Virus record (IMG/VR): IMGVR_UViG_3300037692_000289
Span: 1-24,815 of that record
Direction: 5' to 3' (one strand)
Source of the DNA: a virus
Taxonomy: Duplodnaviria > Caudoviricetes
DNA: 24,815 bases
Below, piece after piece: positions 14,392-24,019 of this stretch; the first letter of the stretch is position 1; each line of letters begins with the position of its first letter. A model generated the notes under the pieces. It did no database searches. It saw nothing but the letters and a program-made list of their open reading frames with translations, and was not told the origin of the DNA. Both the position numbers and the translations under genes were made by a program.

Positions 14392-14991
14392 ATGGACGCA
14401 GAGATGTTGGAACGAGCAAGACAGATGGCGGCGCAGGCTGCCCCCGGAGGGCAGGATATCTTGCCGAAGGACACGGCCGCCGCCGCCCCGCAAACGCAGA
14501 ATCCAGCGGAGAGGCCGGGCCGCTCCCGCGCAGAGCGCCAGCGCGTTCCAATGTCTGTGCCTGTGCAAAAGCTGCACGTACCTGAGATTCCTGGGTATCA
14601 CCTGCACTGGTTTCGGGGCCTTCCCGACCGGATCTTGCGGGCGCAGCAAGCTGGTTACGAATTCGTCGAGCACGACGAAGTGACGTTGAATAACGTGGAT
14701 CTTGGTGGGGAGTCAGCCGCCAGCGGTAACACCAACATGGGAAGTCGAGTTAGCGTTGTTACGGGAGATGAGATAGGACGAGATAACCAACCTGTGCAAC
14801 TAATCCTGATGAAGTTGCGCGAGGAATTGTGGCGGCAGGATCAAGAAGCTGTCGCAGATCGCAATGAGAATGTAGCAGCCGCACTTCGTGGTGGTCGAGT
14901 CGGAGCAGGGATGGCGGGTGGTGAAGGCCCTGGCGACATCGCGACGAGGTATGTGAAACAAGCTTCAAACCTATTCACCCGTAAACGTTAA
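14392..14991 (+). CDS. Hypothetical head-module protein (199 aa)
   Basis: ATG14392 after GAGGT; IPGYHLHW...AQQAGYEFV...LILMK; sits between the scaffold and capsid genes. Confidence 0.75.
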   Translation: MDAEMLERARQMAAQAAPGGQDILPKDTAAAAPQTQNPAERPGRSRAERQRVPMSVPVQKLHVPEIPGYHLHWFRGLPDRILRAQQAGYEFVEHDEVTLNNVDLGGESAASGNTNMGSRVSVVTGDEIGRDNQPVQLILMKLREELWRQDQEAVADRNENVAAALRGGRVGAGMAGGEGPGDIATRYVKQASNLFTRKR

Positions 14992-15006
14992 CTTTAAGGA
15001 GGCCTT

Positions 15007-15597
15007 ATGGCCAATGTAGATAAACCAATGGGACTGAAGCCAGTCTCTCACCTTCTGGGAATCCCCTGGAGTGGTGGATGCCACACGTACTACATTCCGA
15101 GCACGGACAACAACGCCTTCGCGATTGGTGACCCGGTGAAGTCCGCCGGCAGCGCCGACAGCAACGGAGTTGCAAGCGTCACGCTCGGGACGGCGGGGAG
15201 TCCTCTCCGCGGCGCTATCGTCGGCTTTGGCCGCTACGAACACTTGATGGCGGATCCGAACAGCCTGGACACGAACATCATCCCGGCGACGAAGACGCAC
15301 GACTACTACGCCATGGTCGCGGATGATCCTTTTATCATCTTCGAAGCCCAGGAGATCGGCACGGGTACAGCGCTGACCGCCGTGGCGGTCGGGTTGAATG
15401 CAGACCTGGTTGCCGCCGCGAACAACGGGTTTATCTCTGGCTGGGAAATCGACAACACGACGGAGGCGACTACCGCGACCCTCAACGTCCGCCTGCTCGG
15501 CCTCGTGCGGCGAAGCGACAACGCCTTTGGCGCCTATGCCAAGTGGCTCGTCATGATTAACGCTCACGAGCTGAAAGTCGGCTCGGATGGCCTCTAA
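15007..15597 (+). CDS. Putative capsid decoration/cement protein
   Basis: 196 aa, beta/Gly/Ala-rich, strong AAGGAGG RBS, directly upstream of the major capsid gene. Confidence 0.7.
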   Translation: MANVDKPMGLKPVSHLLGIPWSGGCHTYYIPSTDNNAFAIGDPVKSAGSADSNGVASVTLGTAGSPLRGAIVGFGRYEHLMADPNSLDTNIIPATKTHDYYAMVADDPFIIFEAQEIGTGTALTAVAVGLNADLVAAANNGFISGWEIDNTTEATTATLNVRLLGLVRRSDNAFGAYAKWLVMINAHELKVGSDGL

Positions 15598-15608
15598 GGA
15601 GAACTGAT

Positions 15609-16523
15609 ATGGCTGTAACGAACACTGGAAGCCACCCAAAGCTGCTGTGGCCGGGAGTGAAAGAGATTTGGGGGCAGCTCTACGAAGCTTACGCCCGTGA
15701 GTACACTGACCTCTACGACGTGCATACGTCGGACAAGGCGTATGAGCAGGGTGTCCAAGTGACGGGCTACGGTATCGCGCCGATTAAAAACCAAGGCGCC
15801 CCCGTAACGTATGACTCGGAGATTCAGGGCCCAGTCAACACCTATACGCATATCCCGTATGCCTTGGGGTATATCGTGACGTACGAGGAACTGCGGGACA
15901 ACCAATACAAGGAAGTCTCTCAGCGCCGGGTTGAGGCGAATGCCTTCTCGATTAACCAGACGGTTGAGACGGTCGCGGCGTTCCTGTACAACAACGCCTT
16001 TGCCACAACGTACTTCGCGACGGGGGATGGAGCGGCGTTGATCAGTGCCTCTCACGTAAACGCAACGGGAGGGACTTACAGCAACGCTCTCACTCCCGCC
16101 GCCGACCTCTCTGAGGCCGCGTTGGAAGATCTTTGCATCCAGATCATGGGTGTGCAGACGGATAGGGGGCTGCTGTTCCAGTGCATGCCTGAGAGCCTCC
16201 ACGTCTCTCGCCATGACTGGTTCGCCGCGAACCGGATCTTGAAGAGCACCATGCAGCCCGACGTGATGAGCAACAACATCAACGTGCTGAAGTCGACCAA
16301 CGCCTTCCCGAAAGGGATCAAGCTGAATCACTTTTTCACGAACGCAGGTCCGTGGTTCATCCGCACGAACTGCCCCAATGGCATGCGGATGTACTGGCGG
16401 GACAAGCCTTCGTTTGACCAAGACAACGACTTCGATACGAAGAACGCAAAGGCCGCAACGTACATGCGGTTCAGCGTCGGGGCGACTGACCCGCGGGGTA
16501 TCTTTGGTTCCAACGGTCCGTAA
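15609..16523 (+). CDS. Major capsid protein (HK97 fold, Mu gpT-like group)
   Basis: 304 aa; HPKLLWPGV, GDGAALISASH, DLSEAALE, DNDFDTKNAK and DPRGIFGS motifs; AAGGAG RBS; followed by a hairpin. Confidence 0.9.
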   Translation: MAVTNTGSHPKLLWPGVKEIWGQLYEAYAREYTDLYDVHTSDKAYEQGVQVTGYGIAPIKNQGAPVTYDSEIQGPVNTYTHIPYALGYIVTYEELRDNQYKEVSQRRVEANAFSINQTVETVAAFLYNNAFATTYFATGDGAALISASHVNATGGTYSNALTPAADLSEAALEDLCIQIMGVQTDRGLLFQCMPESLHVSRHDWFAANRILKSTMQPDVMSNNINVLKSTNAFPKGIKLNHFFTNAGPWFIRTNCPNGMRMYWRDKPSFDQDNDFDTKNAKAATYMRFSVGATDPRGIFGSNGP

Positions 16524-16526
16524 AGG

Positions 16527-16555
16527 GGTTTGGGGGGTGCAAGCCCCCCGTAACC
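16527..16555 (+). terminator. Hairpin after the capsid gene (attenuator or mRNA-stabilising)
   Basis: GGGGGGT-GCAA-GCCCCCC with GGTT/AACC extension; no U-tract. Confidence 0.5.
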
Positions 16556-16608
16556 TACGGGTAGTAACATAGCATATCCAACGTAGTAATCCTCTCAGGA
16601 GCCTCAAG

Positions 16609-17583
16609 ATGCCTAACACGAACTTTCCTGGTGGATTTCCTCACGGCGTGACCGTTAGGGGACTGCCAATTCTTCAAGCCCAACCAGGCCGCGTGTTCTG
16701 GGTTGGGAATAGTAGTACGTTGCTTCCCGGCACTGTTGGTGGTGCGAATGGAAGCCCGGGGACGTATAACAAGCCCTTCTCTACGATTGACTATGCGGTG
16801 GGGCGTTGCTCTGCTAACTCCGGGGACATCATCATTGTGAAGCCCGGCCACGCTGAGACAATCGAGGATGCCACTTCGTTGCTTCTCGACGTTGCAGGCA
16901 TCTCGATCATTGGCCTCGGAGTGGGGAGCAACCGCCCGACTCTAACGTTCAGCACCGCCGCGACGGCAAACATCCCGGTGACAGCAGCGAACGTCGCGCT
17001 GCAGAACTTCCTCTTCGTCGCTAACTTCGCGGATATCGCGAGCTTCTTCACTGCGACTGGTACGTCGACCCCGACGGACTTTGCAGTGGAAAACTGTGAG
17101 TTCCGGGATACCTCGTCGATTCTGAACGCCCTGAGCATTATTACAGGGAACGCTACGGCCAACTCGATGGACGGACTCTTGTTCAGTGGGAATAGGATCT
17201 CCAGCCTCGGAACCACAGCGGCGACCACGGCGATCGTCCTCTCTTCCGCGACGAAGCGTGTCAAGATCATGGATAACTTTGGGAATTGGGCGGTGCTGAA
17301 CGACACGGCGGCGATGCTGGCGGCTGGCGCGAACGCCCTCACAGACTTCCAGTTCGGTCGAAATGTCCTGAACAAGCCCAACACGTCCAGCACTGGCGGC
17401 TCTTTCATCTCGTGCTCCAGCACAGCCTGCACGGGTCACTGCCATGACAACCGCCTCTGGCAGCTCGACAACTCCGCTGGCATCTGGATTACGGCTGGGA
17501 CGAAGCTAGCCTTCAGCGAGAACTACAGCCCAATCACCGGGGCTGCAGACAAGTCTGGCCTTATCAACCCGGCAGCGGTCTAG
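16609..17583 (+). CDS. Virion fibre/spike with predicted parallel beta-helix
   Basis: VFWV...G.NG..GT..KPFSTIDYAV...GDIIIVKPGH cap motif followed by Asn-ladder-like strands. Confidence 0.7.
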   Translation: MPNTNFPGGFPHGVTVRGLPILQAQPGRVFWVGNSSTLLPGTVGGANGSPGTYNKPFSTIDYAVGRCSANSGDIIIVKPGHAETIEDATSLLLDVAGISIIGLGVGSNRPTLTFSTAATANIPVTAANVALQNFLFVANFADIASFFTATGTSTPTDFAVENCEFRDTSSILNALSIITGNATANSMDGLLFSGNRISSLGTTAATTAIVLSSATKRVKIMDNFGNWAVLNDTAAMLAAGANALTDFQFGRNVLNKPNTSSTGGSFISCSSTACTGHCHDNRLWQLDNSAGIWITAGTKLAFSENYSPITGAADKSGLINPAAV

Positions 17584-17603
17584 CCTTTGCAAAGGAACAT
17601 AAA

Positions 17604-18236
17604 ATGTCATTTGAACTTAAAGGCGACTACGCAGCCGCGGCGGAAGGTCGGTATTTTACGTCTTGGTTGGCCGCTACGGCTAACACAGCGGTGGCGACAA
17701 CGACCCAGGCACTTGCGTCGACCAGCCCGTCCTTGGTGATTTACAATGACCAGCCGGAAGGCGGCAAGAGCATGTACCTCCGCCGGGCACGCTTCCTCAT
17801 GACTGCGGTCACGACAGGAGCGACAACGGCAGAGCACGTTGGGGTTCTCAACTCCTCGGGGGCAACACATACGACTGTTGGAACTCTCATGAGCACTCCC
17901 GTGAACGTGAATGGTGGCTCCGGGGCAGGCTCCATCGCTCGCCTGTACGGTGGGGTGAACGTCTGTGCGACGCCCGCCGCGCAGGCCCGCATTGTCCACA
18001 CAGGTAACGTGACAAACTCCATCCCGATTGTCTTAGACGCTTGGGAGTTGCTGTATGGAGAAGACTCCGCCATCACCACGATGATTGGGACGATGTCACT
18101 GGTGAAAAAGATCACTGTTCCAATCGCGCCAGTCATCATTCCTCCACGAACCTACTACACGCTGGGTTTCTGGGGGGCTAGCTGGGCAGCTTCTGCACCC
18201 ACCTACCGCATGGCGGTGGAGTGGATTGAGTTGTAA
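17604..18236 (+). CDS. Putative virion structural protein (210 aa)
   Basis: AAGGA RBS; Thr/Ala/Gly-rich, beta-strand pattern. Confidence 0.7.
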   Translation: MSFELKGDYAAAAEGRYFTSWLAATANTAVATTTQALASTSPSLVIYNDQPEGGKSMYLRRARFLMTAVTTGATTAEHVGVLNSSGATHTTVGTLMSTPVNVNGGSGAGSIARLYGGVNVCATPAAQARIVHTGNVTNSIPIVLDAWELLYGEDSAITTMIGTMSLVKKITVPIAPVIIPPRTYYTLGFWGASWAASAPTYRMAVEWIEL

Positions 18237-18242
18237 CAAAGC

Positions 18243-18268
18243 GGCGGGGGAGGAATCCCCCGTCCTTT
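18243..18268 (+). terminator. Weak intrinsic terminator
   Basis: GGCGGGGGA-GGAA-TCCCCCGTC followed by CTTT. Confidence 0.5.
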
Positions 18269-18280
18269 CAGGAGCCTTGA

Positions 18281-18913
18281 ATGAAACCTACGAAGCTTAG
18301 CTACACGCCCGAGGATGACGACACAGATGGGATTGCGAACGATGTAACGGCGCTGGAAGGCGTTGCCCTCACCCTCGCGAGTGATGGACCGGCGGATGGC
18401 CTCGCACACTTAATCATCATCACGCCCTTGGGCTCGATCTCGGACGACTTTGTGATTACAGGGACAGACGCGGATGGAGTAGCACAGACCGAGACGCTCG
18501 CTAGCAACACGACGAGCGCTGTCACTTCTGTGAAGTACTACAAAACCGTCACAGAGGTTCTCGCTGCGACGCTTGGTGCGGAGACAGTCGACATCGGCTG
18601 GACCGACGACATTGTGAGTCCGACGTTTCCGCTTAACTGGCGGCAGCAAGACTTCCATGTCAGCCTAGGCGTAGACGTTTCCGGGACGATTGACTACACT
18701 GTCCAGCACACGTTTGACCCGCTCCATCCGCAGGAGCATAACGTAGCTGACCCTGCGCCTTCTACCTTCAAGTGGTGGCCGCATGCCTCCCTTGTCACGA
18801 AGACCGCCGACACAGACGGTAACTACGATTTTCCAGTCACTGCCACTCGCCTACTGATCAACTCTCTTACGGCAGGCGCGACGATCACCTTTCACATAGT
18901 GCAGGGGAACTAA
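18281..18913 (+). CDS. Putative virion structural protein (210 aa)
   Basis: CAGGAG RBS; FVITGTDADGVAQTETL...TSVKYYKTVT motif recalled from phage virion proteins. Confidence 0.7.
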   Translation: MKPTKLSYTPEDDDTDGIANDVTALEGVALTLASDGPADGLAHLIIITPLGSISDDFVITGTDADGVAQTETLASNTTSAVTSVKYYKTVTEVLAATLGAETVDIGWTDDIVSPTFPLNWRQQDFHVSLGVDVSGTIDYTVQHTFDPLHPQEHNVADPAPSTFKWWPHASLVTKTADTDGNYDFPVTATRLLINSLTAGATITFHIVQGN

Positions 18914-18914
18914 T

Positions 18915-19430
18915 ATGAGCATTTCGGTTGATCCGCATAAGCTGGAGAAGCTAGAGCGGCTGAGCGAGGCGCTGGAGTTGCTGCAGAATCCAGAGGGCTA
19001 TACCAAGATGATCGCAGAGGCGAAGGCAGTTCTGCGAATTCATGAAGAAGTCTCCGCGCGCTACGCCACGGTTGAGGCAGCGGAGAGGTTCTTGCAGGAG
19101 TCGAAGAAGGTCTTGACGACTGCGAAGAAGGAAGCGGCGGCTACGATGGAGGGTCTGGCAGCGGAGAAGGCAGCTTTTGAGAAGGCGCAGAAGGAGAAGA
19201 TGGTTAAGCTGCAGGAAGCTGTCTTCGCGGCACAGAAGCGGGAGAGGGAGCTAGGTGAGCGGGAAGATCGGCTGAGCGCCGCGGAGAAGGAACTGGCTGG
19301 CCAGCAGGAAGCGTTCCGAGAGCAAAAAAGCGTGCAAAGCAAGTCTGTGTCAGAGACCACTGCGAAGCTAGCCGCCGAGCGCGCGGAGCTTGATCGACGT
19401 AAGGCGGCACTCACCGCCGCATTACAATAA
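18915..19430 (+). CDS. Coiled-coil protein (171 aa)
   Basis: Glu/Lys/Ala-rich heptad pattern throughout. Confidence 0.75.
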   Translation: MSISVDPHKLEKLERLSEALELLQNPEGYTKMIAEAKAVLRIHEEVSARYATVEAAERFLQESKKVLTTAKKEAAATMEGLAAEKAAFEKAQKEKMVKLQEAVFAAQKRERELGEREDRLSAAEKELAGQQEAFREQKSVQSKSVSETTAKLAAERAELDRRKAALTAALQ

Positions 19431-19439
19431 GGACCCGCT

Positions 19440-19862
19440 ATGGCAACCTTCAACAAGATTCAGCAATTCGTCGAGGACTTGGCGCACAAGGTCCATAACC
19501 TCGGTTCGGACCAGCTCACGCTCGCCTTGACAGCCGCCGCGAACGCTCCAGTCGCGACGAACGAAGTCCTCGCCAACCTCACAGAGATCTCGTATACTAA
19601 CCTGTCAACGAGGGCGATTACTACATCTACCTCAGCGCACACGACAGGGACGTATAAGCTAGTGCTGACAGACCTTGTCCTAACCGCGAGCGGCGGTGCA
19701 GTCGCAGCCTTCCGTTACGTCGTAGTCTACAACGACACGCCTACCTCGCCGGCGGATCCCTTGATTGGCTGGTACGACTACGGCAGTGATTTAACCCTCG
19801 CGGAAAACGAGACGCTAACTGTCGACTTCGACGGCTCTGGCGGATTTATTACCCTTGTCTAA
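19440..19862 (+). CDS. Putative tail/fibre-associated structural protein (140 aa)
   Basis: FRYVVVYNDT...PLIGWYDYG...L...ETLTVDF pattern recalled from small phage tail proteins; AAGGA RBS. Confidence 0.7.
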   Translation: MATFNKIQQFVEDLAHKVHNLGSDQLTLALTAAANAPVATNEVLANLTEISYTNLSTRAITTSTSAHTTGTYKLVLTDLVLTASGGAVAAFRYVVVYNDTPTSPADPLIGWYDYGSDLTLAENETLTVDFDGSGGFITLV

Positions 19863-19872
19863 AGGTGATGAG

Positions 19873-20211
19873 ATGAGCATTGAACTGTTAGAGCAAAACA
19901 TCAAAGAGGCGAAGGCGAAGTACCAAGCTGCGTCGCAGGAGAAGGAAGCTGTCTGGCGCCCTCTGTCAAATCGCGTTGTGGCACTGCAAAAGGAGCTAAC
20001 AGCGGAGATTTCAAGCGGTGCGCTGGAGTGTGATTCGTGCGGGGCGCCCCCGAGAGGTCTCTTCCGTTATCCCCAGACGCCGAAGGGAGTGCCACAGATT
20101 AAGCTGGTTGAAATTGCTTGCGCGAAGCTCTGCCGCCTAGCCGTCGTGGATCAGGACCGGGAGAAGGCCGTAGCGGCGTGGAACTTGCAGTATGGAAGGA
20201 GGATCTCCTAA
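19873..20211 (+). CDS. Coiled coil plus Lar-like (restriction alleviation family) zinc finger
   Basis: CDSCG...IACAKLC...DREKAVAAWN matches the Lar-family CxxCG...CxxC...EAxxAWN pattern; ATG19873 after AAGGTG. Confidence 0.6.
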   Translation: MSIELLEQNIKEAKAKYQAASQEKEAVWRPLSNRVVALQKELTAEISSGALECDSCGAPPRGLFRYPQTPKGVPQIKLVEIACAKLCRLAVVDQDREKAVAAWNLQYGRRIS

Positions 20212-20411
20212 TGCCCTGGGTTGTGGAGTCTCCTGCGCTTGACAGTGTGACAGGGGTGCGTAAGGGCACTATGCGTGTGTGGGTGAAGACGGAAGAGAGG
20301 GCACGGTCGCTGGCGGAGGAGACAGAGGAGCGAAGCTACCGCTATGTGACGCTGGAAGAGATGCACCCGCAGGCACGCGAGAATATGGCGCGGGCCGGTG
20401 TAACGAATTAA
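20211..20411 (+). CDS. Small hypothetical protein (66 aa)
   Basis: AAGGAGG RBS and TAATG overlap place the start at 20211. Confidence 0.7.
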   Translation: MPWVVESPALDSVTGVRKGTMRVWVKTEERARSLAEETEERSYRYVTLEEMHPQARENMARAGVTN

Positions 20412-20437
20412 ACCGCGTGTTGTTGGAGAATTGATCC

Positions 20438-20944
20438 GTGTCGATCGTATCCTCTCAGAATTTCCTGGACGCGCACACGCAGGCAGACGGCACGCGCTAC
20501 TGCAGGCAGGTGTGCACGGACTCTGCCGGGGGCAGCCATCAGCAACTGTTGCGCCTGTCGCCTGGCGATGATGCCGACGCAAGGCTGGCGGACTATGCCG
20601 CACGCCTGGCCGTATCGCTGGCGGAGCAGGAATACCGCAGAGTCGTTAGCCTGGACGCACCGATCGTTTTGGCGCATCAGACGAAAGAGGAATTAGCCGC
20701 GCGGTTCTGGCAGGAATTACTGGAGGCATATCGTGATGTGGACAAGGTACGCATGGGCTATCTCATCTGGTGGGTCTACAACCAATTCTCTGACGGGGAT
20801 TTCACGAGCAATCAATTGCGCCTCACGTTCAACGCAGCTTACGAACGCTCGCTTAACGTCTCGCAGTGGAACGCTCTGGTGACCAATCGCTTGATCCCAA
20901 TACACGATCGCTACCAGGCCATGCTTGATGAGGCGGAACTGTAA
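20438..20944 (+). CDS. Hypothetical protein (168 aa)
   Basis: GGAG RBS, GTG start, TAATG coupling to the next gene. Confidence 0.75.
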   Translation: MSIVSSQNFLDAHTQADGTRYCRQVCTDSAGGSHQQLLRLSPGDDADARLADYAARLAVSLAEQEYRRVVSLDAPIVLAHQTKEELAARFWQELLEAYRDVDKVRMGYLIWWVYNQFSDGDFTSNQLRLTFNAAYERSLNVSQWNALVTNRLIPIHDRYQAMLDEAEL

Positions 20945-22305
20945 TGTCGAACTACTACGTTCGCAGTGGTGCGACGGGCGGGGCGGATGGATCGACCTGG
21001 GCGGATGCATTTGTGAGCATTCAGGCTGCGTTGGCCGTCGCAGTGTCCGGCGATACGCTGTGGGTGGCGAATGATCACGCGAATACGACTTCCGGAGCAT
21101 ATATCTTGACAGGCCCAACAACCGGAGTCGGCGTATTAATCCTTGGGGTGAACACCAACTCTACAGAGCCACCAACGGGGTTGGCCAGTCCGCCTACGGC
21201 CTTGGAGGAAATAGGCGCCTCGAATGCAAAACTAACCATTACTGGCCGCATATTTTTCGACAGCATCATTTTTAAGTCCAGTACGTCTACCGGCAGTAGC
21301 GCCCTGTTTGCTCTAGGATCTAATATACCGTACAGCCTATATTTTCTGCGGTGCTATCTTCACTCCTTGACGACCTCCTCACTCGGCGGGATTCGGTTAG
21401 GCCCTATTGTTGCGACAACCAATGATGATGGCCAAATTGTTATAGAAGATTCTAGTTTCCTGACCACAACCACGACGCGAATGTTTGAGGTCTGTCATGG
21501 GCGGACGATCATAAAAAACTGCACACTGGATTCGGCTGGGGCCACTCCAACACAAATTTTCACGCAGCGGGTTGGGATTAATGGGGATGTGGTATTAGAT
21601 TCCAGCGATTTGTCGGGAGAATCGTTTAGCTACATGATGGATGTCTCGGGGGCAGGCCTATCCCGTGTGATGATCCGCAACCTGAAGTTGCCCTCTGGTA
21701 CCGTGATATCGACAGGCACAGCCGATGGTCCAGGTGGTCCAATCGTCGCGATGCATAACTGCGCTTCTGGTGACGTGTATACCAATATGGGTCGCAGCGA
21801 GCCAGCCGGAACGCAGGTAGAGGAGACGACGTTAGTCCGCACTGGTGGCTCAGATGTCTCATATCGTATCGATACGAATGCGCTTGCCGCCTACCCGAAT
21901 GTTCCGTTCACTTCATCTGAAGGTGCGATGCACAACTCGGTGACGACCGAGCAGACATTGACCGTCGAAATCCTGCACGATACGAACGTAGCGGCAGGGC
22001 AAGGATCAGGGACTGACTTCGACTTTACGAACGCGGAAGTTTATCTGCGCGTCATGGCGCTAACGACAGCGGGATTCCCGCTAGGCGAGTGGATGAGCGA
22101 TGCGTCTGCGGACGTGTTTGCCACACCAACGGATCAGGATGCATCGAGCGAGGCGTGGACGACTACAGGCATGACGACGCCGGTTAAGCAAAAACTCTCA
22201 GTCACGTTCACTGCGGCGGAGGCTGGATATCTGCATTGGGAGGTTTGCGTTGCGGCGGCTAGCAAGACGCTCTATGTGGATCTATCGAGCCCGACGCTGA
22301 GCTAA
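20944..22305 (+). CDS. Virion fibre/spike with predicted beta-helix (453 aa)
   Basis: YYVRSGATGGADGSTWADAFVSIQAAL...SGDTLWVA pectin-lyase-type cap; Ser/Thr/Gly-rich strands. Confidence 0.7.
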   Translation: MSNYYVRSGATGGADGSTWADAFVSIQAALAVAVSGDTLWVANDHANTTSGAYILTGPTTGVGVLILGVNTNSTEPPTGLASPPTALEEIGASNAKLTITGRIFFDSIIFKSSTSTGSSALFALGSNIPYSLYFLRCYLHSLTTSSLGGIRLGPIVATTNDDGQIVIEDSSFLTTTTTRMFEVCHGRTIIKNCTLDSAGATPTQIFTQRVGINGDVVLDSSDLSGESFSYMMDVSGAGLSRVMIRNLKLPSGTVISTGTADGPGGPIVAMHNCASGDVYTNMGRSEPAGTQVEETTLVRTGGSDVSYRIDTNALAAYPNVPFTSSEGAMHNSVTTEQTLTVEILHDTNVAAGQGSGTDFDFTNAEVYLRVMALTTAGFPLGEWMSDASADVFATPTDQDASSEAWTTTGMTTPVKQKLSVTFTAAEAGYLHWEVCVAAASKTLYVDLSSPTLS

Positions 22306-23306
22306 TGGCTACCTCGCGACTGATTCCGGGCTATGGCTTCATCGTCGAGACGCTGGACGAGGATAAGCTACTTCCGGGGTATGGGTTTATTGTTGAGACG
22401 GAGGCGGCGGGTGGCGCCTTTACCCTCACTGCTGAAGCCGGTTCGTACACCCTAACAGGTCAAGCCGCCGCTCTCACCAAGCAAAGTTTACTCAGCGCAG
22501 CGGCCGGAAGCTACGCACTAACTGGTCAAGACGCGGGGCTTTTCGCCGGGCGCTCCTTGCTTGGTGCAACAGGCGCTTACGCCCTGACAGGCCAGGACGC
22601 TGGCCTAATCAAAGCGAGTCTCCTCGCCGCAGCTACTGGTGCGTACAGTTTAACAGGGCAGGACACAGGGCTTGTCTACACTCCGCTGGGCAACTTCACA
22701 CTCACTGCGGAGGCAGGCAGCTACGCACTGACTGGGCAAGCAGCTAGCCTATTAAAGGCCAGCAGCCTCCTCGCAGAACTCGGGACGTTTAGCTTAACGG
22801 GGCAAGACGCAGGCTTGCTCGCCGCGAGGCAGCTTCTTGCTGAGGCTGGCGCCTACGCGTTGACAGGTCAAGATGCGGGGTTACTCAAGGCTAGCCTATT
22901 GGCTTGTGTCCTGGGGGAGTACACCCTTACAGGTAATGAAGCTGCTCTCACCTACACGCCGCAAGGCGCTTTTCTCCTCACGGCAGATACGGGGGCTTAC
23001 CTACTAACGGGGCAAGCTGCCTCGCTCTTGAAAGACAGCATTCTTGCCTGCGGCACAGGCGTATATGTGTTGACAGGCAACGCAGCGGGGTTATCAATCA
23101 ACGCAGGAGCTACCGTCATTCTCTTTCAGGGCGTCAGCTCCGCCGACGGACCTACGCGGCACCAGGGCATCTCCCGGCCGACAATCATACTGACAGACGC
23201 TGGCGGCGGCTTCTACACTGTGGAGAAGACGTACCAGGTCTCTGGCAACTTCAACCCCGAGTCAGTTTCCGCCGAGACTTACCTAATCGATGGAGAACTT
23301 CCGTGA
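22305..23306 (+). CDS. Repeat-rich fibre-like virion protein (333 aa)
   Basis: Ten 22-aa units built around GxYxLTG(Q/N)xAxL. Confidence 0.8.
   Translation: MATSRLIPGYGFIVETLDEDKLLPGYGFIVETEAAGGAFTLTAEAGSYTLTGQAAALTKQSLLSAAAGSYALTGQDAGLFAGRSLLGATGAYALTGQDAGLIKASLLAAATGAYSLTGQDTGLVYTPLGNFTLTAEAGSYALTGQAASLLKASSLLAELGTFSLTGQDAGLLAARQLLAEAGAYALTGQDAGLLKASLLACVLGEYTLTGNEAALTYTPQGAFLLTADTGAYLLTGQAASLLKDSILACGTGVYVLTGNAAGLSINAGATVILFQGVSSADGPTRHQGISRPTIILTDAGGGFYTVEKTYQVSGNFNPESVSAETYLIDGELP
22413..23097 (+). repeat. Degenerate 66-bp coding tandem repeat, 10 units grouped 4+4+2
   Basis: Each block starts with FxLTA(E/D)xG; the first two end in YTPxG. Confidence 0.8.
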
Positions 23307-24019
23307 CAGCACCAGCTCTTAACACTCCATTCGCCGTAATCAAAGACGCATTCCATGACGCCGGGCTGACGCAGCTTGGCCAGTTTCCCGACAGCGACCA
23401 GATCGTCTTGGGCATGGGGAAGTTAACAGACTTAATCAACCTATGGCAGACGGATGGGCTGAAGCTCTGGCTCAACGTGGACACGGAGGTGACCTTGGTT
23501 GCAGACCAAGCGACCTATACCTTCATGCCCTCCGGGGATGTGGATATGGCGAAGCCGCATCGAGTGCTCCAGGCTTACTACCTTGACACTAGCAATGTTC
23601 GCCGGCCGCTTACTCCGCTCTCCTGGGAAGAGTACCTGCGGCTCAGCCAGGTTACCGGGAACAGCGGCGCGGTTAATTCCTACTTCGTCAACAAGCTCCA
23701 GTCTCAGCTCTCTGTCTCCTTCTGGAACACGCCGGATGCAACTGCTGCCCTTGGGACAGCCCACGTCCTCCTGCAGACCCAAGTGACAAACTTCACCGCA
23801 GTTGACGAGACGATGAACTTCCCCAACGAGTGGCGGATTGCGCTACGCTGGGGACTGGCGGACGAGCTGGCAACTGGACAGCCCCAGGCCATTATGGATC
23901 GCTGCGAGCGGCGGGCGGCAATGTTCAAGGCTGCGCTCGAGGACTGGGATGTTGAAGATGCCCCGACAAGGTTCCAGCCGGATATCGCGCAGTCCTACCC
24001 GCAGGGGAGCTTTCGGTAA
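23303..24019 (+). CDS. Head-tail adaptor (P22 gp4-like)
   Basis: VIKDAF..AGL...G...GMGKLTDLINLW and FPNEWRIALRWGLADELA motifs; directly upstream of the gp10-like gene. Confidence 0.75.
   Translation: MTAPALNTPFAVIKDAFHDAGLTQLGQFPDSDQIVLGMGKLTDLINLWQTDGLKLWLNVDTEVTLVADQATYTFMPSGDVDMAKPHRVLQAYYLDTSNVRRPLTPLSWEEYLRLSQVTGNSGAVNSYFVNKLQSQLSVSFWNTPDATAALGTAHVLLQTQVTNFTAVDETMNFPNEWRIALRWGLADELATGQPQAIMDRCERRAAMFKAALEDWDVEDAPTRFQPDIAQSYPQGSFR

Noticed and set aside
7290-15597. Diversity-generating retroelement template/variable repeat pair to explain the duplicated domain
   Set aside because: Similarity is at protein level with general divergence rather than adenine-specific changes, and no reverse transcriptase is in the window.
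16515-16560. Programmed frameshift or readthrough extending the capsid protein
   Set aside because: The GGGGTTT run lies after the TAA stop and no slippery heptamer precedes the stop; the next gene has its own RBS.
9809-17445. Long minus-strand ORFs (9809..11122, 13771..14673, 15594..16619, 16791..17432)
   Set aside because: Antisense to terL, scaffold, capsid and fibre genes; expected in GC-rich DNA with biased codons.
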